A DNA stretch of 64,000 nucleotides, taken from positions 583-64,582 of the forward strand of contig CALXQT010000010.1 of the NCBI GenBank assembly GCA_944390835.1, in the 5' to 3' direction. The first letter of the stretch is position 1; the number at the start of each line of letters is the position of its first letter. The position numbers were made by a program, and so were the translations under genes. This stretch comes from an uncultured Alphaproteobacteria bacterium (lineage in GTDB: Bacteria; Pseudomonadota; Alphaproteobacteria; Rs-D84). Shown in pieces: positions 53,065 to 60,114 of the stretch. The notes below the pieces were generated by a model. It ran no database searches. It was not told where the DNA came from and worked only from the letters and a program-made list of their open reading frames with translations.

Positions 53065-55278
53065 ATGAAAAACGATTTGAAAATTTCGAAATTAGCAATT
53101 GTTTGCGTCTTGTGTACTGCTGTATCTGGTGCATATGCTGCTTCATCTGTAAGGTCGTTGGGTGGTAGTGGTACTTATACCAGTGCGTCTAGTGCGGCAG
53201 AAGCGAATGCTTCTTCTTCTGTACGTGGCGGTTCTGTTCGTGTAACGCCTTCGTCTGGTGTTTCAGGTACAAGTACGACTGTAAACGCCGGAACAACTAC
53301 CAGCGGTCGTGTTGCAACAACGCCTCGTTTATCAATAGGACAATATCTAGGTGGAACTACTTCTGTTAGTGGGGGCAGTTCTTTACGTCCGCAGACTCCG
53401 AGTGGTGGTTCGTCTTCTTCTGGTGGGTCTGGTTCTATAGATGAAGAATTTGTTGAAATTTTGCGTAGTGATGTAGATGAGTTGCAAGGAACGGTTGAGA
53501 CCTTACGTCAAAGTGATGAACGGTTAGAGGACCAACTTCTTGATAAGCAAGATGCACTTGTCCCTGGTCAAGATGGTTATATTTTTATAGATACAAATAC
53601 GAATGAAATATTTGTAGAAGTAGATGCTTTAGAAGAAGCATTGAAAGATAGCTTGCAATTATCTGATGGTAAGGACGGCCGTGAAGTAGAATTGGGTTAT
53701 AACGAAACAGAATTGTTGTGGCGTTATAATGACGGCAGTCCGTGGGAACATTTGATATACAAATCTGAAATTACTGGTCCGCAGGGACCTCAAGGTGAAA
53801 AGGGTGAAAAGGGTGATAAGGGTGACAAAGGTGATCCAGGTGATGCGGCGGATTTGAGTAATTATCCTACATTAGCGCAAATGGACTCAAAAATTGCGAC
53901 CGCAATTGCCAGCATTGCCACTACTTATGCAACCAAAGATGAATTGGCTCTAAAGGCTGATAAAACAGAGCTAGCAGCTTATGCTACGACAGAGCAATTA
54001 AATGCGAAAGCGGATGCAACTGATGTAGAAGCACTAGATATGGTAATAAATGCGGCCGGTACAGGTTTGACTGCCCAAGTAAATAATGCTTTGCAGGTTG
54101 CGGGTGGCGCGCAAGATATGGCAGAAGCGGCCCAGAGTACAGCAGAAGCAGCTCAGGGTACTGCAGAAGCGGCTCAAGCTGCGGCAAATGAAGCCAAGGC
54201 TGGTCTAGCGACAAAAGCAAATGCTGCGGATGTATATACCAAAAGCGAAGTTTATAATAAGCAAGAAATAGAAGATAAGGTTGCAGAAATCGTTGCTGGT
54301 GATGGTGTTGTATTAGAGGGATATGTAAAGAAAGAAGATTTTAATAGTGCGATTAATCTTAAGGCTGATACAACTTATGTAGATCAAGAGTTAGATAAAA
54401 AGGCAGATGTAGTATCTGTTTCTGCACTTGAAACAGAAGTCGGTGACATAAATGATCTTGCTATTAGTGCTGCAGAAGCAGCCACGCAGGCAATCAATGA
54501 ATTGGATTTAAAAGCCAGTAAAACAGAATTAGATAGTTATTTGAAATCTGATACAGCGGCTTCTACATATGCTACTAAGGAAGAATTGGGGACCAAGGCG
54601 AATGCATCAGACGTACAAACAATTACTGAAAGTGTTACGAATATAACACAACAGGTTAATCAGATAACAAATCCGGAAACGGGTTTAGCTGCTCAGGTTG
54701 ATGATGCGGTTTCTGCAGCTGAAGGGGCTCAGCAGGCGGTTACAGAAATGCAGGGGGACGTAAATGCATTAAAGACAACTGTTGGCAACGAGAGTTCTGG
54801 TTTGGTCAAAGATGTTGCAGATGCTGTGTCTGCGGCTGGGGCTGCCGTAAGTGCTGCAGAAGAAGCAAATACTCTTGCTGGTAAGGCGGAATCTGATGCT
54901 GCAGCGGCACAAGCAAAGGCTAATCAGGTAGAAGAAAATTTAAATTTGAAAGAAAATTTAAGTAATAAAGTCTCAAGTATCACAGAAGGTAATCAGAATT
55001 CTCAAGATGCATATCCGTCTGTTGGTGCAATTGTTAAATGGACTGATACTAAGATTGAAAGTTTATCGGATTCAGGTTTACCTGTAAATCCTGATAACTT
55101 TAATGACAATTCTATTAGTGGAACCAAGTTAGAAAACGATACGGTAACTCAAGGGAAATTGTCGCCTGATGTTCAGCAGGTATTAAATAATGCTGTGACG
55201 GTTGACGATAATGTCGGCGCAAACAAAGTGCTGGGTACTGATGATACAGGTGCCAAAGTATGGTATGATATAATTTAA
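53065..55278 (+). CDS. Fibre protein 1: exported, S/G/T-rich N-terminal region, coiled-coil segments, collagen-like GXY run, A/T/E-rich stalk
   Basis: Signal ..SGAYA/AS. GPQGPQGEKGEKGDKGDKGDPGD. Repeated Y(A/V)TK.EL..KAD boxes. YPSVGAIVKW and LPVNPDNFNDNSISGTKL boxes. 737 aa. Confidence 0.8.
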   Translation: MKNDLKISKLAIVCVLCTAVSGAYAASSVRSLGGSGTYTSASSAAEANASSSVRGGSVRVTPSSGVSGTSTTVNAGTTTSGRVATTPRLSIGQYLGGTTSVSGGSSLRPQTPSGGSSSSGGSGSIDEEFVEILRSDVDELQGTVETLRQSDERLEDQLLDKQDALVPGQDGYIFIDTNTNEIFVEVDALEEALKDSLQLSDGKDGREVELGYNETELLWRYNDGSPWEHLIYKSEITGPQGPQGEKGEKGDKGDKGDPGDAADLSNYPTLAQMDSKIATAIASIATTYATKDELALKADKTELAAYATTEQLNAKADATDVEALDMVINAAGTGLTAQVNNALQVAGGAQDMAEAAQSTAEAAQGTAEAAQAAANEAKAGLATKANAADVYTKSEVYNKQEIEDKVAEIVAGDGVVLEGYVKKEDFNSAINLKADTTYVDQELDKKADVVSVSALETEVGDINDLAISAAEAATQAINELDLKASKTELDSYLKSDTAASTYATKEELGTKANASDVQTITESVTNITQQVNQITNPETGLAAQVDDAVSAAEGAQQAVTEMQGDVNALKTTVGNESSGLVKDVADAVSAAGAAVSAAEEANTLAGKAESDAAAAQAKANQVEENLNLKENLSNKVSSITEGNQNSQDAYPSVGAIVKWTDTKIESLSDSGLPVNPDNFNDNSISGTKLENDTVTQGKLSPDVQQVLNNAVTVDDNVGANKVLGTDDTGAKVWYDII
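53776..53847 (+). repeat. Collagen-like (Gly-X-Y)x8 coding tract built from imperfect 9-bp tandem units
   Basis: ggtccgcag ggacctcaa ggtgaaaag ggtgaaaag ggtgataag ggtgacaaa ggtgatcca ggtgatgcg. Confidence 0.9.
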
Positions 55279-55295
55279 GGAAAGGGATATAGAAA

Positions 55296-56813
55296 ATGAA
55301 AAAGGTAAATATCGTATTTTCTGGTTTTATGGCGGCAATATTATTAAGTGCCGGCGCAGCTGATGCAGCAACGACAATAGCCAGCCAGGCGTATGTAGAT
55401 AGTCAGAAAGCAAATGTCTTGCAAACTGTTGATGATACATATGCGACAAAAGAATCTGTTACTGGCTTTTCCGATCAAGTAACGCAGTTAGAAACAACGG
55501 TTGGGGATGAAGCATCGGGTTTGGTAAAAGATGTTGCAGATTTGCAAACTGAAGTTGCAGGTAAGTTGGATTCTGTAACAGCGGGAACTACATACCAGAC
55601 ATTGGGGAACAAAACTGATAATTTGACGGCGGATGCAGAAAGTACAGAGAAATATCCATCGGCCAAAGCCGTTACTGATGCCATTAAAACGGCCACCGAA
55701 GGTGTTGCGTCTAGTGGGGCAATTACGGATTTACAAGATAAAGTTGGTGACGGGGTGTTAAATACAACCGCACAGGATTTGACGGGTGCCGTGAATGAAT
55801 TAGACGGGGCGTTGGACGACAAAGCAGATAAAACGGATTTGGATGCTTATGCAACCACGGTTCAATTGGATACAAAGCAAAATAAAAATATTCCAAGCGC
55901 AATAAATCATGTCGTTATTACAGATGCTTCTGGTAACATTACAACAGCGGCACAACTTGCTGCGGATAAGGTCAGCGGGTTAGCAGGTGTAGCGACAAGC
56001 GGGCAATATTCTGATTTGTCTGGAACGCCGACGATTCCGACAGCGGTGTCAGACCTTGAAAACGACAGTGGGTTTATTACAAATACTGCTTTAACCGGTC
56101 TGCAGGAAAAGAACGTTGGTGCTGATAAAAGTGGTAATATATTAACTGTTGGTGCCGATGGGAATATCACACCAAGTGCTGCAATTGAACAAGATAAAGT
56201 TAATGGTTTGACAGATGCGTTGGCGGGTAAAGCGTCTATAGATGATGTTCCAACAACGGTCGCTGAATTATCAGATTCAGCCAATTATGTAACAACAACG
56301 AAACTGACAGAAGATTTAGCAACAAAACAGGATCGTTTGGGCTTTACACCGGAAAATTCTGCTAATAAAGCAAAGACAATAGATTCTCTTAATGAAGCGT
56401 CAGATACTGCGTTCCCGACAGTTGGTGCTATAACCTCATGGGTTTCTTCAGAAATTTCTGATTTAAGTGAGCTGCCGGTTAATCCAGGTTTGATTGAAGA
56501 TAATACTTTAGACGGTTCAAAGCTAAAGAACGGTGCGGTTACAACAGAAAAAATTTATGATGGTGCAGTTACCACAGATAAAATTGCAACTGGTGCTGTA
56601 ACAGAAGCAAAATTAAGCACAGAACTGCAACAAACAATTAACAATAAAGCAAATTCTGATGATGTTTATACAAAGGTTCAAACAGACGCCAAGATTCTTG
56701 AATTGGCTGTCGGGAAACCAACACAAAAATGTTTGGCGTCGTCTTTGTGTGTATTAAGTGTAACGAAAGACGGAACTTACGAATGGACAAGTGTTACAGA
56801 GCCAACCGAATAA
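55296..56813 (+). CDS. Fibre protein 2 (exported, tail-fibre-like boxes)
   Basis: Signal ..GAADA/AT followed by TIASQAYVDS. Boxes KYPSAKAVTDAI, LTGAVNELDGAL, GQYSDLSGTPTIPTAVSDLENDSGFIT, FPTVGAITSWV, LPVNPGLIEDNTLDGSKL. 505 aa. Confidence 0.8.
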   Translation: MKKVNIVFSGFMAAILLSAGAADAATTIASQAYVDSQKANVLQTVDDTYATKESVTGFSDQVTQLETTVGDEASGLVKDVADLQTEVAGKLDSVTAGTTYQTLGNKTDNLTADAESTEKYPSAKAVTDAIKTATEGVASSGAITDLQDKVGDGVLNTTAQDLTGAVNELDGALDDKADKTDLDAYATTVQLDTKQNKNIPSAINHVVITDASGNITTAAQLAADKVSGLAGVATSGQYSDLSGTPTIPTAVSDLENDSGFITNTALTGLQEKNVGADKSGNILTVGADGNITPSAAIEQDKVNGLTDALAGKASIDDVPTTVAELSDSANYVTTTKLTEDLATKQDRLGFTPENSANKAKTIDSLNEASDTAFPTVGAITSWVSSEISDLSELPVNPGLIEDNTLDGSKLKNGAVTTEKIYDGAVTTDKIATGAVTEAKLSTELQQTINNKANSDDVYTKVQTDAKILELAVGKPTQKCLASSLCVLSVTKDGTYEWTSVTEPTE

Positions 56814-56864
56814 AAGATAAACGGCAATATAGGAATTTAACATAAAAAAAGAAAGGAAAGGAAA

Positions 56865-58061
56865 ATGAAAAAACTAACCGCAAGTATATTTGCAACATTA
56901 TTGACGGTTGTAACTGTCGGCGCCGCTAACGCGGATATCGCATCCAGTGGGTATGTAGATACAAAAGTTGGTGAAGTAAGTGCTAAAGTTGCGACAAAAG
57001 CTGAACAATCAGATCTTACAGATTTGGAAGGGACTGTAACAACTTTGTCTGGAACGGTTTCTGGACACACAACTTCTATCGCTAATTTGGAAACAAATAA
57101 AGCTGATAAAACAGCATTATCTGCTTACGCGACAACGGAAAGTGTAACATCTGGTTTGGCGGGGAAGCAAGATAAAGCCCTGATTACATCTACACAATAT
57201 GGAACAAATAAAACGAGTGATACATCGTATCCATCTGTAAAGGCGGTCGCGGATGCAATTACAGCTGCAACAGAAAATATTGCAAGCAGCGATACTGTTT
57301 CCGCATTGGGTACTCGTGTAACAACGGCAGAAGGTGATATCACAGCCTTAAAGGCTCGTATGGATACAGCAGAGTCTGATATTGCAACAGTAGAAGGTAC
57401 AGTAGGCACAGCAAGTGCGAATGCTACTCAGGCGTTGAATAATATTGGTACGTTAAGTCAATTGACGACAACCAAGAAAGATAATACAGTTAATGCGATC
57501 AATGAAGTTAAGACTGCGGCTGATAATGCAGCATCTGCAGCATCGACAGCACAAGGCGCAGTTACAACTTTGACTGGTCGGGTTGGTAAGAATGAAACAA
57601 ATATTTCGGCGTTGCAAAGTGGCAAGTTAGATGTTGGTGGTACTGCAGCAAAAGCAACAGCGGATGCCGCCGGTAATAACATTGTTGATACATATGCAAC
57701 AAAAGCTCAAATAGCAAATATGGCAACAGAGGAAAATCTGAATTTGAAGCAGGATAAAACAGATAATTCTCTGGCCACAACGGCTAAGACGATTGTTGGT
57801 GCTATCGGCGAAGTAAAAACAACGGCTGATGATGCTTTAGCCGATGCGGCGACAGCACAGGCAGATGCTACACAGGCAATCTCTGATGCAGCGACAGCGA
57901 AGGGTGTGGCAGATGCAGCACAGAGCACAGCTAATCAGGCCAAGACAACTGCTGATGCGGCTATCCCAAAACCAAGTGCGGACCAGATCAACTCTAATGG
58001 CGTATATGTTTTGACCTTTAATGGTACAAATGGTTATGCGTGGGAAACAATTACTCGTTAA
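56865..58061 (+). CDS. Fibre protein 3 (exported, tail-fibre-like boxes)
   Basis: Signal ..GAANA/DIASSGYVDTKV. Boxes SYPSVKAVADAI, NTVNAINEVKTAAD, TIVGAIGEVKTTAD. Ala/Thr-rich coiled-coil-like stalk. 398 aa. Confidence 0.8.
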   Translation: MKKLTASIFATLLTVVTVGAANADIASSGYVDTKVGEVSAKVATKAEQSDLTDLEGTVTTLSGTVSGHTTSIANLETNKADKTALSAYATTESVTSGLAGKQDKALITSTQYGTNKTSDTSYPSVKAVADAITAATENIASSDTVSALGTRVTTAEGDITALKARMDTAESDIATVEGTVGTASANATQALNNIGTLSQLTTTKKDNTVNAINEVKTAADNAASAASTAQGAVTTLTGRVGKNETNISALQSGKLDVGGTAAKATADAAGNNIVDTYATKAQIANMATEENLNLKQDKTDNSLATTAKTIVGAIGEVKTTADDALADAATAQADATQAISDAATAKGVADAAQSTANQAKTTADAAIPKPSADQINSNGVYVLTFNGTNGYAWETITR

Positions 58062-58068
58062 TAAAACA

Positions 58069-58098
58069 TATGTGCGGTGCCTAACCGCACCGCACATA
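58069..58098 (+). other. GC-rich intercistronic hairpin without a U-tract, between fibre genes 3 and 4
   Basis: tatgtgcggtgc-ctaacc-gcaccgcacata, a 12-bp stem. Confidence 0.7.
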
Positions 58099-58157
58099 GG
58101 ATGTAGGGTATAAATGTGTTAATGTAAACAGTAAAACGATTGGATAGAAATAGGGCT

Positions 58158-59795
58158 ATGATAAAGTTAAAAGAAATTTTTTCAGTTTCATTTATAGCAC
58201 TGTCAATTTGCAGTGTGGCACATGCAGATATCGCATCTACTGGTTATGTTAACCAGCAATTGAGTGGGCGTCTGTCTTCAATTTCTGCTTCTAGTAGTGG
58301 GACGGGTAACGTTGTTACTTCCATTTCTGCCAGTGGCGGGACTGTTACTGCAACTAAAGGGATAAATGCGGAAGTTACTTCCAATAAGACAACGTCTATC
58401 GCAGCATCAACCAGCGCCAGTGATACAAAGTATCCATCTGAAAAGGCGGTCAGGACCGAATTAGATAAGAAAGCAGATATTGATGATGTGCCAGCGGCAA
58501 TTACTGTTGATTCTGCTTTAAACTCAACAAGTACAAATCCTGTCCAAAACAAAGTTATAAATACTGCTTTGGCGGCTAAACAAAACGCAAGTACTGCGGT
58601 TGAAGTCGCTTCAGCTGGTACTGCCGTTGGTAGCGCAAGTCAGCCTGTTTATGTCGATAATACCGGGGTAGTGCGTGCGGCAAATTCAATTCCAACTGTA
58701 AATAATGCAACGTTAACTATTCAAAAAAATGGTTCTGATGTCGGAACGTTTACTGCAAATGCTTCTTCGCCGGCAACAATTAATATAACGGTACCTACAA
58801 CAACATCTCAATTGACTAATAACAGTGGGTTCATTACAGCTGATGATTTACCAGAAGATTATGTTTTAACTGCTGCTACTGCAACTGCGTTGGGTGGTGT
58901 TAAAAGTGGAGGCGATATAGAGGTTGGAACTGACGGTACAGTAACTGTTAATAGTGCGAATAGCGCAGATAGTGCAACTAAAGCGACTCAAGATGGGAAT
59001 GGGAATACTATTTCATCTACGTATACAAAAATTGCACAAGGTTCTACTAATGCTAACAAGGCTGTTATAACAAATGCATCTGGTAATATTACAACAGGTA
59101 CTATAACAAGTGCTATGATTACAGATGGTACCATAACAAATGCTGATATATCTTCGTCTGCAGAAATTGATCAATCAAAGATTTCAGGATTATCAACCGC
59201 ATTGGCGGCAAAGGTAGATTCTACAGATTTAGCGGAAGTTGCAAAAACAGGTTCATATAATGATCTGACCAATAAACCAACGATTCCAACCGCGATTACA
59301 GTTGATGCTGCCTTGAGTTCAACAAGTACAAATCCTGTTCAAAATAAAGTTATTAATACTGCATTGGCGGCAAAACAAAATGCAAGTACTGCCGTTGAAG
59401 TTGCCTCAGCTGGGACTGCTGTGGGTAGTGCAACTCAACCTGTTTATGTCGATAATACTGGTGTAGTGCGTGCGGCAAATTCAATTCCAACTGTAAATAA
59501 TGCGACTTTGACCATTCAGAAAAATGGCTCGTCTGTTGGTACGTTTACCGCAAATGCCGCAAATGCCGCAACGGTAAATATTACTGTGCCGACTAAAACT
59601 TCTGAATTAAGTAACGATAGTGGTTTTGTTACTTCGGCGCAACTTAATGCGTTGGATAGTACGTCTTCTGGGAGTGGTGCCGTTGTTACAGAGGTTGCAC
59701 AGGTAAATGGTAAGGTTACTGTTACAAAAGGTAATGTTCAAATACCTGTTGGTAGTGCTACTGCCACTACATATGCTACTATTTGGGTAGAATAA
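58158..59795 (+). CDS. Fibre protein 4 (exported; contains a ~114-aa internal duplication)
   Basis: Signal ..SVAHA/DIASTGYVNQQL. Boxes KYPSEKAVRTEL, STNPVQNKVINTALAAK (x2), GSYNDLTNKPTIPT, (T/S)N(N/D)SGF(I/V)T. Start is 58158 ATG or 58140 TTG. Confidence 0.8.
   Translation: MIKLKEIFSVSFIALSICSVAHADIASTGYVNQQLSGRLSSISASSSGTGNVVTSISASGGTVTATKGINAEVTSNKTTSIAASTSASDTKYPSEKAVRTELDKKADIDDVPAAITVDSALNSTSTNPVQNKVINTALAAKQNASTAVEVASAGTAVGSASQPVYVDNTGVVRAANSIPTVNNATLTIQKNGSDVGTFTANASSPATINITVPTTTSQLTNNSGFITADDLPEDYVLTAATATALGGVKSGGDIEVGTDGTVTVNSANSADSATKATQDGNGNTISSTYTKIAQGSTNANKAVITNASGNITTGTITSAMITDGTITNADISSSAEIDQSKISGLSTALAAKVDSTDLAEVAKTGSYNDLTNKPTIPTAITVDAALSSTSTNPVQNKVINTALAAKQNASTAVEVASAGTAVGSATQPVYVDNTGVVRAANSIPTVNNATLTIQKNGSSVGTFTANAANAATVNITVPTKTSELSNDSGFVTSAQLNALDSTSSGSGAVVTEVAQVNGKVTVTKGNVQIPVGSATATTYATIWVE
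58497..58838 (+). repeat. Internal direct repeat, copy A (pairs with 59292-59633)
   Basis: Encodes AITVDSALNSTSTNPVQNKVINTALAAKQNASTAVEVASAGTAVGSASQPVYVDNTGVVRAANSIPTVNNATLTIQKNG... Confidence 0.9.
59292..59633 (+). repeat. Internal direct repeat, copy B (795 nt downstream of copy A)
   Basis: Near-identical protein sequence to copy A. The DNA differs mostly at third-codon positions. An identical 41-bp core gtagtgcgtgcggcaaattcaattccaactgtaaataatgc is present in both copies. Confidence 0.9.
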
Positions 59796-59804
59796 GAACT
59801 AAAC

Positions 59805-59838
59805 AAAATCCCCGTTCTGGGGATTTTAATTTTTTGTT
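59805..59838 (+). terminator. Rho-independent terminator after the fibre array
   Basis: aaaatcccc-gttct-ggggatttt hairpin plus T-run. Confidence 0.85.
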
Positions 59839-59847
59839 TTATAAAAC

Positions 59848-59877
59848 TTGATTTGACTTATTTCAGTATAATATAAT
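59848..59877 (+). promoter_or_regulatory. Candidate promoter TTGATT-N18-TATAAT for the structured leader/PAP2 gene
   Basis: ttgatt at 59848-53. tataat at 59872-77. Confidence 0.45.
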
Positions 59878-59884
59878 TCAATTG

Positions 59885-60086
59885 CTTTTAAGGGTTCTTA
59901 AAAGTGGACCATGTTAGTAGACGGGTTTAGTCACCCGAATATAACAGTTTTAACTAACTTGTTCTCCCGATGTCTTAGTCGGGAAGTCGTTGTTATACAA
60001 AAACTGCTTCGCGGTAAAGGCAACGAATTCATCGTTATATTTGAATGACTAACTTCCCGACACCTACTTTCATAGGTGTCTTTTTT
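59885..60086 (+). promoter_or_regulatory. Structured ~200-nt leader ending in an intrinsic terminator, upstream of the PAP2 phosphatase gene (candidate riboswitch or attenuator; class not recognised)
   Basis: Hairpin 59885-59904. 18-position long-range stem 59928-45/60034-51. Segment 59978-87 is perfectly complementary to 60052-61 (pseudoknot/antiterminator) and alternatively pairs with 59965-70. Terminator 60059-60086. Confidence 0.45.
60059..60086 (+). terminator. Intrinsic terminator inside the PAP2 leader
   Basis: gacaccta-ctttca-taggtgtc hairpin plus tttttt, 29 nt before the ATG at 60115. Confidence 0.8.
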
Positions 60087-60114
60087 CTTGTTTTTTTCAC
60101 ATAAGGATAAAAAT

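Noticed and set aside
55475-58552. Multiple 70-125-aa minus-strand ORFs inside the fibre genes: 55475-55822, 55907-56284, 56837-57070, 57125-57409, 57458-57928, 57837-58097, 58244-58552.
   Set aside because: They are a by-product of the Ala/Thr/Val/Gly-rich codon usage of the plus-strand genes, which leaves few stop codons on the complementary strand. They have no signals of their own.
53065-59795. The fibre genes as a prophage tail-fibre module or phage remnant.
   Set aside because: No capsid, terminase, portal, tape-measure, baseplate, lysis or integrase gene is present, and no att-like repeat lies within the flanks. All four proteins carry Sec signal peptides, which phage tail fibres do not need. 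A distant phage ancestry of the repeats remains plausible.
53065-59795. The fibre genes as trimeric autotransporter adhesins (YadA/Hia/BadA type).
   Set aside because: The C-termini (..AKVWYDII, ..TSVTEPTE, ..AWETITR, ..ATIWVE) are too short. They also lack the ~70-aa four-strand membrane-anchor pattern that ends such proteins.
59885-60086. The PAP2 leader as a c-di-AMP (ydaO-type) riboswitch. This was tempting because cdaA is in the window.
   Set aside because: Only fragmentary resemblance exists (ACGGG, CACCCGA). The characteristic GGGGA/GAAUCC elements and the pseudo-two-fold architecture are not visible. I left it as unclassified, pending a covariance-model scan.
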